From NCBI GenBank assembly GCA_965227515.1, contig CBDDFZ010000002.1, positions 1,088,001 to 1,152,000 on the forward strand: a stretch of DNA of 64,000 bases, in the 5' to 3' direction. Both the position numbers and the translations under genes were made by a program. Shown one piece after another: positions 1 to 8,825 of this stretch (the first letter of the stretch is position 1; the number at the start of each line of letters is the position of its first letter). Below the pieces are notes generated by a model, which was given only the letters and a program-made list of their open reading frames with translations, was not told where the DNA came from and ran no database searches. This DNA is from Alphaproteobacteria bacterium. Its GTDB lineage: Bacteria; Pseudomonadota; Alphaproteobacteria; CALKHQ01.

Positions 1-1
1 C

Positions 2-661
2 GTGCTCGACGCGCTGGAGGCCGACCACGCGGTGCGTGCCGTGGTGCTGACCGGAGCGGGCGACCGCGCGTTCTGCGCCGGGGCGGACATCGCCGCCTGG
101 GGCGACATGACGCCGTTCGAGTTCTCCCGCCAATGGGTGGTGCTGGGCCATCGGCTGTTCGACCGGCTGGCGGCCTTGCCGGTGCCGGTGATCGCCGCCG
201 TCAATGGCCTGGCGCTAGGCGGCGGGCTGGAACTGGCGACCGCCTGCGATTTGCGCATCGCTACGCCTGCCGCGTCATTCGGCCTGCCGGAGGCGACCAT
301 CGGCGTCGTCCCCGGTTGGTCCGGCGCCAACCGGCTGTTGCGTCACATGCCGCAGGCGCTGGTGCGGGAAATGGCGCTGACCGGTGCGCACATCGGCGCT
401 GACCGGGCGCACCAGGTGGGCTTCGTCAATGAACTGAACGACGATCCGCGCGCCGCGGCGCTATCGATGGCCGACCAGGTCGCAGCACTAGCGCCCCGCG
501 CGGTGGAGGTGGCGAAGACCGTGCTGTCGGCCGCGACGGGCGAGGGGGCCGCCGCCGCCATCGACGCACTTGCTGGCGGGCTGGTTGCGTCTACCGCCGA
601 CAAGGCGGAGGGCGTCTCCAGCTTCCGCGAAAAACGCAAGCCGGTTTTTAAGGGTGATTAG
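2..661 (+). CDS. Enoyl-CoA hydratase/isomerase family protein (5' end truncated by window edge)
   Basis: Crotonase motifs AFCAGADI, AVNGLALGGGLELA, FGLPEATIG; C-terminal EGVSSFREKRKPVF. Confidence 0.93.
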   Translation: MLDALEADHAVRAVVLTGAGDRAFCAGADIAAWGDMTPFEFSRQWVVLGHRLFDRLAALPVPVIAAVNGLALGGGLELATACDLRIATPAASFGLPEATIGVVPGWSGANRLLRHMPQALVREMALTGAHIGADRAHQVGFVNELNDDPRAAALSMADQVAALAPRAVEVAKTVLSAATGEGAAAAIDALAGGLVASTADKAEGVSSFREKRKPVFKGD

Positions 662-1616
662 CTGGCTCGGCGGCTGAGGGCGTCGCCGTGGGCGCTTGGC
701 TCGGCCGGCCCCTTCGGCCGACGGCAACAAGTGCAAGAATTATTGCGATTGTGATGCCGCACCATACAGCGATGGTGCGCCACTGGGCTGCCGTGACACT
801 GACCGCTGAGTAGACGACCGCGTTGCCGGTGTGAATGGCCACGACCTCGACCGGATCGCGTTTCGCTTCGATCATAGCGCGGGCGGCCTGCTGGCCGATG
901 TCGTAGGTCTCGTCGCTGTCAGGCACCAGCGCCATCAGTTGCGTGCGCATGCGATGCCATGCATCCCCATTCACGCTCATTGTCAGGGTGTCTCCAGGGC
1001 TCAGGTTCTGGGCTGCCTCCAGCCAGCGGTCGCCCGAAGTATCGAAGATACCGTACGCTATCACGTCGCCATCGAGGAACAGCAGTGCGCGCAGCGACCC
1101 GCTGTGCCCTCGCAAAGCCGAGTAGCTGCCAATCGCGACCTCTGTTCGGTCGAGTGTGCCACCAATTTCAACAGTTTCCGGCGGCCAGAACGATGGCAGC
1201 CGAATGGCAATCATGACGATTGCGAATAGCAGCGCGCCCGCAAGCGGCAGCACCGCCCAGCTCAGGACCTGCTTTTTTCCGCCGCCGCCGCTGCTCGGAC
1301 CTTTTGGGCCGTGTGGACCGACAGGTGGTTTTCCGGGCGGCTCTTCGTCGTGCTCTCTGAGTGCGCGTCGGCAGGCGCCATCCAGCTTTCCCAGCCGTTC
1401 CCACCAGTCGCTCAGGCTGATGTTCTCGACGTGGCGGTCGCCCAATGCGCGCACGTGGCACAGGCTTATCAGGCGTTCGAGAGCGCCAGACCGTGTCTCC
1501 GGCCGGTCGAGAGCGCTGACTAGGCGCTCCAACCTGGCAGTTGAACTCTCGCTCCCGCCATTGCGCAATACTTCGATAACCCGCCCGGCGTGATATTTGA
1601 CACTGTTGATCGACAT
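648..1616 (-). CDS. Hypothetical membrane protein (two predicted TM segments, Pro/Gly linker)
   Basis: Long ORF; GGAG RBS before ATG at 1616 (alternative start 1637); hydrophobic stretches WAVLPLAGALLFAIVMIAI and IAVWCGITIAIILALVAV. Confidence 0.6.
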   Translation of the reverse strand: MSINSVKYHAGRVIEVLRNGGSESSTARLERLVSALDRPETRSGALERLISLCHVRALGDRHVENISLSDWWERLGKLDGACRRALREHDEEPPGKPPVGPHGPKGPSSGGGGKKQVLSWAVLPLAGALLFAIVMIAIRLPSFWPPETVEIGGTLDRTEVAIGSYSALRGHSGSLRALLFLDGDVIAYGIFDTSGDRWLEAAQNLSPGDTLTMSVNGDAWHRMRTQLMALVPDSDETYDIGQQAARAMIEAKRDPVEVVAIHTGNAVVYSAVSVTAAQWRTIAVWCGITIAIILALVAVGRRGRPSQAPTATPSAAEPANHP

Positions 1617-1679
1617 CGATGTGCTCCACGTCACCATAGTCGCGTGGTGCAGTTAATTTTCCCTTGGGAGGCGGCGGCC

Positions 1680-2042
1680 ATGCGTCTTGACCTGACCCGC
1701 GACAGTGTTGCTGCCGGCGACGATGCGGACGCACCGCACCGGCGGTCGGCCGACCTGCCGGACGACACATCGGTGGAGGCTCTGGTGGCCTGGATCGTCA
1801 ACGCGGGCTACCTGCCGCGAATCGGCGGCGGGCAGGCCACATGGTCGTTCGTGTCACGCCGCCCGTTTGCGGTCGCGGCACAGCAGTGGCCGCTGCCCCG
1901 CATGCTGTCGTCAATCCCGTTTGACCTTGAAGACCTGAACTGGGCTGACGGCGTGTTGAGGGTGCACGCGGTCTATCATGTGCAGCAGGACCCACAGGCG
2001 GTGTTTGACGTGCTGGAACGCATGGTTTGGGACGCGTTTTAG
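1680..2042 (+). CDS. Hypothetical protein (RDSV-x-x-GDD-x-x-APH N-terminal motif)
   Basis: GGGAGG RBS upstream of ATG 1680; protein-like composition. Confidence 0.65.
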   Translation: MRLDLTRDSVAAGDDADAPHRRSADLPDDTSVEALVAWIVNAGYLPRIGGGQATWSFVSRRPFAVAAQQWPLPRMLSSIPFDLEDLNWADGVLRVHAVYHVQQDPQAVFDVLERMVWDAF

Positions 2043-2052
2043 GAGCGCGAGG

Positions 2053-2520
2053 CTAGTGCGCCTCGACAAGCCACATGGGCAAGGTCACTTCCTCGCCGTG
2101 TTCGTACAGCGCCTCGAACACACCGTCATTGTCGGTGTCGATGATGTTGAACGCGCGGTCCTGGGTGACCAGGTGGTAGCCGTAGACCGACCCGCCATAG
2201 GCCATGGTGCCCACGGTGAGATGGAGATGAATGTCGTAGAGCGTCTGGCGGGTCTCGTCGCCGGGAATGTCGCGCAGGATGTCGACGTCGACGATCTCAA
2301 CCGGTATGCGCGCCGCCAGGTCGCGTGGGATCAGGTGGTTGTAGCCGGAAGGCTCGGGAACGCCGCGCAGGCCCGTGTCGGCATGGCCGGTGCCACCGCC
2401 TGTCCCGAGCGACTCCACGGCCACCGCGCCCAGCATCGCGACGCTGGCCAGGGTGCAGAACAGACTGATCCACAGGGCACGACGCGAACCGCGCCGGTCT
2501 CCCGATGATTGTGCACGCAC
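2053..2520 (-). CDS. Hypothetical exported/membrane-anchored protein with DxDxDG Ca-binding-like motif
   Basis: GGGAGG RBS before GTG; basic N-terminus plus hydrophobic segment; DTDNDGVFE motif. Confidence 0.6.
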   Translation of the reverse strand: MRAQSSGDRRGSRRALWISLFCTLASVAMLGAVAVESLGTGGGTGHADTGLRGVPEPSGYNHLIPRDLAARIPVEIVDVDILRDIPGDETRQTLYDIHLHLTVGTMAYGGSVYGYHLVTQDRAFNIIDTDNDGVFEALYEHGEEVTLPMWLVEAH

Positions 2521-2751
2521 GGCGGCCTCCCAACCGTCATGGTGGCAATGCCCTCGGGCATAGGTCGCGGCCGGTGGGGAGAATGTTCAAAATTGTTGAT
2601 GGCGACGGGACAACGTAGGGACGGGGCGGCGCGGCGAGGCCGGCGGCGTGGAGCAGGATGGCCAAGGCCTGCTGATGGCGCACGAAAGCTCTTGGGTTGA
2701 TGCCAACCGAAACCCTGGCATGGGGGCGGCAGGCCGGCTCATCAGGGGCTA

Positions 2752-2803
2752 GATTCCCGGATCGGATTCCCGGATCGGATTCCCGCATCAGATTCTGGGA
2801 ATC
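2752..2803. repeat. 13-bp tandem repeat (GATTCCCGGATCG x2, GATTCCCGCATCA, degenerate fourth unit)
   Basis: Read directly; overlaps the SDR stop codon. Confidence 0.8.
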
Positions 2804-3555
2804 AGCAACCCACCATCCACCTGCACCGCTTGCCCGGTGGAGTAGGCGAGGCGGCCGGTCGCCATCGCCGCCGCCACCGCGCCGACGTCGGCCGGCTGGC
2901 CAGTGCGCGGGGTGACCGTCAGCCCGTCGGCGATGCGGCGCTTGTAGTCGGTCATCACCGGGGCGGTCATGGCGGTCTCGATGACGCCGGGCTGGATCTC
3001 GTAGCAGCCGATCCCGGCTTCGCCCAGCCGCACCGCGAACAGCCGCGACACCATCGACATCGCCGCCTTGGAGACGCAGTACTCGCCGCGCGCGATGGAG
3101 ACCGCTTGCGCGTTGGACGACGTCACCGAGATCACCGAGTGGTGCACGTCGGGCGCGCGGTCACGGCCCAGCACCAGCCGTGCCCACGCCTGGGTGAGGA
3201 AGAAGCCGGCGCGGGTGTTGATCGCCTGGCAGCGGTCATAGCTCTCCGGCGTCACGTCCAGCAGGTCGCCGCGCGACATTGCGGTTACCCCGGCGTTGTT
3301 GACCAGGGTGGTCAGCGGGCCGAGCGCCGCCTCGGCCGCGCCCAGCATGCCGGCATGGCCGTCGATAGCGGCGACGTCGCCGGGGACGGCCGCTGCACGC
3401 GCGCCGCTGCGGGTCAGCGCGTCGACCGTGGATTGCAGCTCGTCGTCCATCGCCGGGCCGTTGATGGCGACCGCGAACCCCTCCGCGGCCAGGGCCTCGG
3501 CGATGGCGCGGCCAATGCCCCGGCTCGACCCGGTGATCAGTGCCGCGCCCGTCAT
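2788..3555 (-). CDS. Short-chain dehydrogenase/reductase (3-ketoacyl-ACP reductase-like)
   Basis: TGSSRGIG, NNAG and YCVSK motifs; ATG 3555 overlaps the ACAD stop (ATGA). Confidence 0.92.
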   Translation of the reverse strand: MTGAALITGSSRGIGRAIAEALAAEGFAVAINGPAMDDELQSTVDALTRSGARAAAVPGDVAAIDGHAGMLGAAEAALGPLTTLVNNAGVTAMSRGDLLDVTPESYDRCQAINTRAGFFLTQAWARLVLGRDRAPDVHHSVISVTSSNAQAVSIARGEYCVSKAAMSMVSRLFAVRLGEAGIGCYEIQPGVIETAMTAPVMTDYKRRIADGLTVTPRTGQPADVGAVAAAMATGRLAYSTGQAVQVDGGLLIPRI

Positions 3556-4712
3556 GCGGCGGCGCCGTGCTTCAGCAGCTCGCGCGCGATGATGGTGCGC
3601 TGGATCTGCTGGGTGCCTTCGTAGATCTGGGTGATCTTGGCGTCGCGGTAGAGGCGTTCCACTTCGAACCCCTGGATGTAGCCGGAACCGCCGAAAATCT
3701 GCACCGCATTGGCGGTTTGCGCCACCGCGACGTCGCCGGCCATGCACTTGGCCATGGAGCAGGCCGCGTTCGCCGGCACGTCGTTGTCGAGCATGATCGC
3801 GGCGCGGTGGACCAGCGCGCGGGCGGCGGTAATGTCTTTCGCCATATCGGCCAGCATCCACTGGATGCCCTGGTTGTCGCTGATGACGGCGCCGAACTGC
3901 TTGCGGGTCTGGGCGTAGTCCAGTGCGGCTTCCAAGCCGGCCTGGGCGATGCCGACCGCGAGCGCGGCGATGCCGACCCGGCCCTTCTCCAGCACGCTCA
4001 TCATCATGTGGAAGCCGCGCCCCTCGGTGCCGAGCAGGGCGTCCGCCGGCAGCGCCACATTGTCGAAATTGAGCGCGCCGACCTGGCTCGCCCGCTGGCC
4101 CATCTTGTGTTCTTTCGGGCCGCGGGTGACGCCGCTTGCGTTGAGGTCGACGATGAAGATCGACATGCCGCGATGGCCCGCGGCCGGGTCGGTCCGCGCC
4201 AGCACGAAGCCGAGATCGGCCACCGGCGCGTTGTGGATCCACAGCTTCTCGCCATTGAGCCGCCATCCATCTCCGTCGCGGGTAGCGGTGCAGCGGATGC
4301 CGGACACGTCGGACCCGGCTTCCGCTTCGGTGATGCAATAGGCGACCAGCTTGCGGGCGGCGAGCACGTCCGCCATGTAGACCTGCTGCTGTTCGGCAGT
4401 GCCGTAGCGTGTCAGCAACGTGCCGATCAGTTCGATCAGCCCGCACTGATCGGCGACGGACGCATATCCGCGTGACAGTTCCTCCATCACCAGGGCATAG
4501 GCATAGGCATCGAGGCCGACACCGCCCAGTTCGGCCGGAACGCCGATGCCGAACAGCCCGAGGTCGGCCATCTCCCGATAGAGGTCCACCGGGAACGACG
4601 CATCGCGGTCCAGCTCGCCGGCGATCGGTCGGATGCGCTCGTCGGCGAACCGGCGCGTCATCTCTCGCACCTGGGCGTAGGTCTCGGCGTCGCCTTTCGG
4701 GATCGGCAGCAT
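3552..4712 (-). CDS. Acyl-CoA dehydrogenase
   Basis: CITEAEAGSD, LNGEKLWI, RKQFG, QIFGGSGY, RDAKITQIYEGT motifs. Confidence 0.95.
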   Translation of the reverse strand: MLPIPKGDAETYAQVREMTRRFADERIRPIAGELDRDASFPVDLYREMADLGLFGIGVPAELGGVGLDAYAYALVMEELSRGYASVADQCGLIELIGTLLTRYGTAEQQQVYMADVLAARKLVAYCITEAEAGSDVSGIRCTATRDGDGWRLNGEKLWIHNAPVADLGFVLARTDPAAGHRGMSIFIVDLNASGVTRGPKEHKMGQRASQVGALNFDNVALPADALLGTEGRGFHMMMSVLEKGRVGIAALAVGIAQAGLEAALDYAQTRKQFGAVISDNQGIQWMLADMAKDITAARALVHRAAIMLDNDVPANAACSMAKCMAGDVAVAQTANAVQIFGGSGYIQGFEVERLYRDAKITQIYEGTQQIQRTIIARELLKHGAAA

Positions 4713-4737
4713 GGTAGAGCTCGTGCGGTGATCTAAG

Positions 4738-4751
4738 TAACCAGTTGGTTA
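4738..4751. promoter_or_regulatory. Palindromic operator TAACCAGTTGGTTA upstream of ACAD (TetR/GntR-type candidate)
   Basis: TAACCA-GT-TGGTTA inverted repeat in an AT-rich patch about 25 bp upstream of the start codon. Confidence 0.55.
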
Positions 4752-4801
4752 TTTATGCGATCGCAGCGCGGGCGTCAAACACCCATCCCAGACGCGCGAA
4801 A

Positions 4802-4828
4802 GCCGCCGGCGCATGCAGCACCGGCGGC
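4802..4828 (-). terminator. GC hairpin downstream of RTX gene 1
   Basis: GCCGCCGG...CCGGCGGC stem followed by only a short T run on the minus strand; a similar hairpin follows RTX gene 2. Confidence 0.45.
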
Positions 4829-4850
4829 CCTCGTCGCGCGCGGGTCGGGA

Positions 4851-6692
4851 TCAGACGAACGAGAAATCGTCTGCCGTCAACGCGGTGACGTCATGGAGCC
4901 CGATGTACCCCTCGGCGAACAGAAGGACGGAAAAGTCGCCGCTGGTGATCATCGGCGCGTCGGTGCCGCTGAGCACGCCGTCGCCATTGGTGTCGAGTGC
5001 TGCAAAGCTGTCGACCGCGGTACCGTCGGCAAGGCTCAGGCCGGCCAGCTCCAGGATGTCGTCATCGACGCTGAAATCGGTGATCAGGTCATAGCCGAAA
5101 TTGCCGGCCGCGCCGTCATACACAAAGGTATCGTCGCCCGCGCCGCCGGTCAGCGCGTCGAAGCCGCCACGACCCTCGAACCGGTTGTCCTCGACATTGC
5201 CGGCCAGGATGTCGCCGTAGTCGGAGCCGACGACGCCCTCGATCTCGTCATAGGTGTGGGTGAACGAGGCACCGCTATCGTAGTCGTGCACGGTGCCCGT
5301 GCCGGCGAACAGATCGACCTCGACCTTGCCGCCGAAGGCTCGGTAGTCGACAGTGTCGAGGGCATTCGCGCCTGAAATGTCGCTCGTCGGAAGGTCATCA
5401 CCGTAGAAATGGTCGTTGCCCAGGCTGCCGCGAAACACGTCGTTGCCAAGGTAGCCATAGAACCATTCGTCGACCGACGGGTCGTCGGTGCCACGGATGG
5501 TGTCATCGAATTGGGTGGCGATGAATTGCTCGAAGCCGGAGATCGTATCGGTGTATTCGGCGATGATGATGAAGCCGCCGCCCTGCGTGACGGTCGGCGT
5601 GCCGGCCGCGTGACCCTGGACGATCCCGCTTTCGGCATTGATGTACGCGCTGCCGGGGGCATTGCGGTAGTCCAGCGTGTCGGCCCTGCTCTGGTCGCCG
5701 GTCACGACACTGTCGTCGCCGTCGCCGCCGTGGAACGTGTCGTTGTCGCTGTCGCCGACCGACCAAGCGTGCACGACGTCCGCACCCGAGCCGCCCAGGA
5801 CGGTGTCCGACCCGATGCTGTTGTACAAGTTATCATCGCCCGTACCGCCGGACAGATAGTCGTCGCCCGCCTGGCCGCGGAGCTCGTCGTCACCGCCTTG
5901 GCCGAACAGCCAGTCATCGCCGGATTCCCCGTACAGAATGTCCGCACCCCCTTCGCCATAAGCGGTGTCGTGGCCTTTGCCCCCGTGAACGATGTCGTCG
6001 CCTTCGGCGCCGTAGATGCGGTCATCGCCTTCCCGTCCGTACAACGTGTCGTTGCCTGCACCGCCGTCGAAATTGTCGGCGCCGTACGAGCCCAGGATTT
6101 GATCGTCGAAATCCGAGCCGATGAAGGAGTCGATGTCGTCGAACTCAATCGTGCCCGCGGTCGTGGTGTAGTTCTCAGTGGCGATTTCGTACCAGGCGTC
6201 GATATAGACCCCGTGGCCGAGGTCGCCGAAGTCCAGCCGGTCATAGCCCTCGCCACCGTCGATGGTGTGGTCGCCCAGCTTTTGGACATGGAAGGTGTCG
6301 CGGCCCTTGCCGCCGAATGCCGTCACGTCGCCGGTGCCGCCGATGGTGAGACGGTCGTTGCCGTCGCCAAGATCGATCACATAGTCCGCCGAACCGTGCA
6401 GGCTCACGATGTCATTGCCGCCAAAGGTCTGAATGCTGGTGTCGACGTGGCGCAGCACGCTCAGCCAGTCGGCGTATTCGGTGCCCGAGAGCACGGTTGC
6501 CGAGCTGTTGTTGGCATCCGGCGCCGTTACCGGCGCTGGCGTGGTGTCGTCGGTCTGATCCTTGTCCGATGTCAGCGCCCGCGGGTCGGCCAAGCCTTGC
6601 TGCGTCGGCGCCAGCGGATCGGCCAACGGGTCGGCCAGCGTGGTGTTCAGCGAAGAGGGGGCCAGCCAAGTGGGGTCCAGGGTACGTGCCAT
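4851..6692 (-). CDS. RTX/hemolysin-type Ca-binding repeat protein, probable T1SS substrate (paralogue 1)
   Basis: Many GGxGxDxLx nonapeptides, very acidic, no Sec signal; C-terminal DLITDF...DTNGDG...TADDFSFV secretion-type tail. Confidence 0.9.
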   Translation of the reverse strand: MARTLDPTWLAPSSLNTTLADPLADPLAPTQQGLADPRALTSDKDQTDDTTPAPVTAPDANNSSATVLSGTEYADWLSVLRHVDTSIQTFGGNDIVSLHGSADYVIDLGDGNDRLTIGGTGDVTAFGGKGRDTFHVQKLGDHTIDGGEGYDRLDFGDLGHGVYIDAWYEIATENYTTTAGTIEFDDIDSFIGSDFDDQILGSYGADNFDGGAGNDTLYGREGDDRIYGAEGDDIVHGGKGHDTAYGEGGADILYGESGDDWLFGQGGDDELRGQAGDDYLSGGTGDDNLYNSIGSDTVLGGSGADVVHAWSVGDSDNDTFHGGDGDDSVVTGDQSRADTLDYRNAPGSAYINAESGIVQGHAAGTPTVTQGGGFIIIAEYTDTISGFEQFIATQFDDTIRGTDDPSVDEWFYGYLGNDVFRGSLGNDHFYGDDLPTSDISGANALDTVDYRAFGGKVEVDLFAGTGTVHDYDSGASFTHTYDEIEGVVGSDYGDILAGNVEDNRFEGRGGFDALTGGAGDDTFVYDGAAGNFGYDLITDFSVDDDILELAGLSLADGTAVDSFAALDTNGDGVLSGTDAPMITSGDFSVLLFAEGYIGLHDVTALTADDFSFV

Positions 6693-6834
6693 TGTCGTCG
6701 TCCTCGTTCATGCCGCGTGTGGCGCGGCGGTTGATCTGCACCGGGCTGCTCCCGGCGCCTGAGGACCATCTGGTCAACGGCGTGCGTGCGTGCTTGACCG
6801 GCTTGTGAGGACGATTGGAGGATTTCGTGAGGGC

Positions 6835-6850
6835 CGTGACCGCGGTCACA
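6835..6850 (-). promoter_or_regulatory. CRP/FNR-family-like box TGTGA-CCGCGG-TCACG upstream of RTX gene 1
   Basis: One mismatch from TGTGA-N6-TCACA; conserved in sequence and spacing upstream of RTX gene 2. Confidence 0.65.
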
Positions 6851-6897
6851 GAGGCAGCGGAAATGGCCGCGCCGGTGCAGGTGTTTCACAGGAAACG

Positions 6898-6924
6898 GCC
6901 GCCGGCACGCATGGCGCCGGCGGC
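6898..6924 (-). terminator. GC hairpin downstream of RTX gene 2
   Basis: GCCGCCGGC...GCCGGCGGC stem followed by CGTTT on the minus strand. Confidence 0.5.
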
Positions 6925-6950
6925 TCGCAGTCCGCAGGTCTCGGTTCGGA

Positions 6951-8648
6951 TCAGGCGAAGACGATGTCGTCCTCGGTCAGTCCGCTCACACCCTGCAACT
7001 CGATGACGCCGTCCTGCAGGAGCAGGGCCGTGTTGCCGCTCCACGAGACAGCGGTGCTGTCCGCGCCGTCGATGACGCCGTCACCATTGGTGTCGAGGTC
7101 GGCGAAGCTGTCGATGGCGGTGCCGTCGGTGCGGACCAGGCCCGCCAGCTCCAGAATGTCCTCCTCGACGTCAAAGTCGGTGACGCGGTCGTAGCCGATG
7201 TCGCCCGCGTCGCCGTCGAACACGAAGGTGTCGCTGGCGGCACCGCCGGTGAGCACATCGAAGCCGCCGCGGCCTTCCAGCCGGTTCGCCGCCCCGTCGC
7301 CGGTCAGGATGTCGTTGAAGTCGCTGCCGACCGCGTTCTCGATGCCGCGATAGGTGTGGGTCCACTCGCCGCCGCTGGCGAAGTCGCGGGCGGTGCCGAA
7401 GGCGGCCGCGAGGTCGAGCTCGATCGAGCCGCCATAGTTGCCGTAGTCGACCGTGTCGTTGCCGACGCTCTGCCCCACGCCCGGCAAGGTGTCGCCGTCG
7501 AAATTGTCGTCGCCCTTGCTGGCGATGAAGCGGTCATTGCCGGCCCGGCCATAGAACCACTCGTCGACAAGCGGGTCGTCGGCGCCGCGGAAGGTGTCGT
7601 CGAAGTCGGTGCCGATAATGCGCTCGAAGCCGGAGATGGTGTCGATGAACTCGGTCGTGATGGTGAACGGGCCGCTTTGCTCGACAATCGGAATGCCGGC
7701 TGCCTCGCCCTGCACCTGGCCGAGTTCCGCGTCGAAGTAGCCCGAACCGGTGGCGTAGCGGTAGTCGATGGTGTCGGCATCGGTCTCGACGCCGTCGTTC
7801 ACCCCGGCACCGTGGTTGCCGCCCTTGAACGTGTCGTTGGACTGGTCGTCATGATGCGTGCCGATGACGTAGTCGGCGCCATCGCCGCCGTCGACATAGT
7901 CGCTGCCGGCGTTGCCAGAGAGCAGGTCATCGTCGTCGCCGCCGAGGACGATGTCGTCCCCCAAGCCGCCGCTGAGCGTGTCCCTGCCGTCTTCGCCACT
8001 GATCCAGTCGTCGCCTTTGCCGCCCCAAATGTAGTCGTGGCGGCTGCCGCCCCACCCGGCGTCGTCGCCGTCGCCGAGCCAAATGTCGTCGTCGCCGTCG
8101 CCGCCACGGACACGATCCGCGGCGTTGCCGCCATAGACCTTGTCGTCGCCGCCTTCGGCATAGACGTCGAGCGCGGCATCGGTCGTGCTGAAGACGTCGC
8201 CGTAGTCGGTGCCGTGGATCACTTCGATATTCTCGATCGTCATGAACTCGGTCGGCGCGAGCGGATGATTGCCGACGATGCCGGCGTCGAAATTCACCCG
8301 GATGCCATGATCCAGGCCAAGGAATGTCATGGCATCCCGATCGGCGCCGCCATCGAAGTGATGGTTGTCGAACTCGTTGACGATGAAGCTGTCGTTGCCG
8401 GAGCCGCCGTCGGCGGTCACCGCGCCGGAGCCGTTGACGATCAGGATGTCGTTGCCGGAGCCTAAGTCGACGTCATAGTCGGCCTTGCCGTCGAGTATCA
8501 CGAAGTCATTGCCGCCAAATGTGTAGACGCTGGTAGCGGTGTGCCGGTGCAGGTCCAGGAAGTCGCTGCCGTTGGAGCCGTAGACCGGCCCGCTGTCGAA
8601 CTTGATGGTGGTCGATGCGATGGGGGTGAACAGGGTCTTGCTAGCCAT
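6951..8648 (-). CDS. RTX/hemolysin-type Ca-binding repeat protein, probable T1SS substrate (paralogue 2)
   Basis: GGxGxD repeats; collinear with 4851..6692 (DTISGFE, DEWFYG, THTY blocks); C-terminal DTNGDG...TEDDIVFA. Confidence 0.9.
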   Translation of the reverse strand: MASKTLFTPIASTTIKFDSGPVYGSNGSDFLDLHRHTATSVYTFGGNDFVILDGKADYDVDLGSGNDILIVNGSGAVTADGGSGNDSFIVNEFDNHHFDGGADRDAMTFLGLDHGIRVNFDAGIVGNHPLAPTEFMTIENIEVIHGTDYGDVFSTTDAALDVYAEGGDDKVYGGNAADRVRGGDGDDDIWLGDGDDAGWGGSRHDYIWGGKGDDWISGEDGRDTLSGGLGDDIVLGGDDDDLLSGNAGSDYVDGGDGADYVIGTHHDDQSNDTFKGGNHGAGVNDGVETDADTIDYRYATGSGYFDAELGQVQGEAAGIPIVEQSGPFTITTEFIDTISGFERIIGTDFDDTFRGADDPLVDEWFYGRAGNDRFIASKGDDNFDGDTLPGVGQSVGNDTVDYGNYGGSIELDLAAAFGTARDFASGGEWTHTYRGIENAVGSDFNDILTGDGAANRLEGRGGFDVLTGGAASDTFVFDGDAGDIGYDRVTDFDVEEDILELAGLVRTDGTAIDSFADLDTNGDGVIDGADSTAVSWSGNTALLLQDGVIELQGVSGLTEDDIVFA

Positions 8649-8793
8649 GGTTTGGTCCTCGTCCTCTGCGCCGCAGACGGGGCGGCTGGGGTGTTTGCGC
8701 CGGGCCGTTCCCGGTGCCTGAGGACCAGATGGGCGGCGCGATCTGACGCCGCTTGGCGGAAACCTGTGGGAAGTTTGGGGAGTGATCCGAGGC

Positions 8794-8809
8794 CGTGACC
8801 TGGGTCACA
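8794..8809 (-). promoter_or_regulatory. CRP/FNR-family-like box TGTGA-CCCAGG-TCACG upstream of RTX gene 2
   Basis: Same half-sites as 6835..6850 and the same distance to the conserved leader block. Confidence 0.65.
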
Positions 8810-8825
8810 CACGGGTGGAATTGCG

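Noticed and set aside
2788-4446. 552-aa ORF suggesting a long N-terminal extension of the SDR
   Set aside because: The upstream part is an Arg-rich off-frame shadow of the ACAD gene; the real start is ATG 3555
4851-8648. RTX proteins as cytolytic toxins
   Set aside because: No hydrophobic pore-forming region, acyltransferase partner or enzymatic domain is visible
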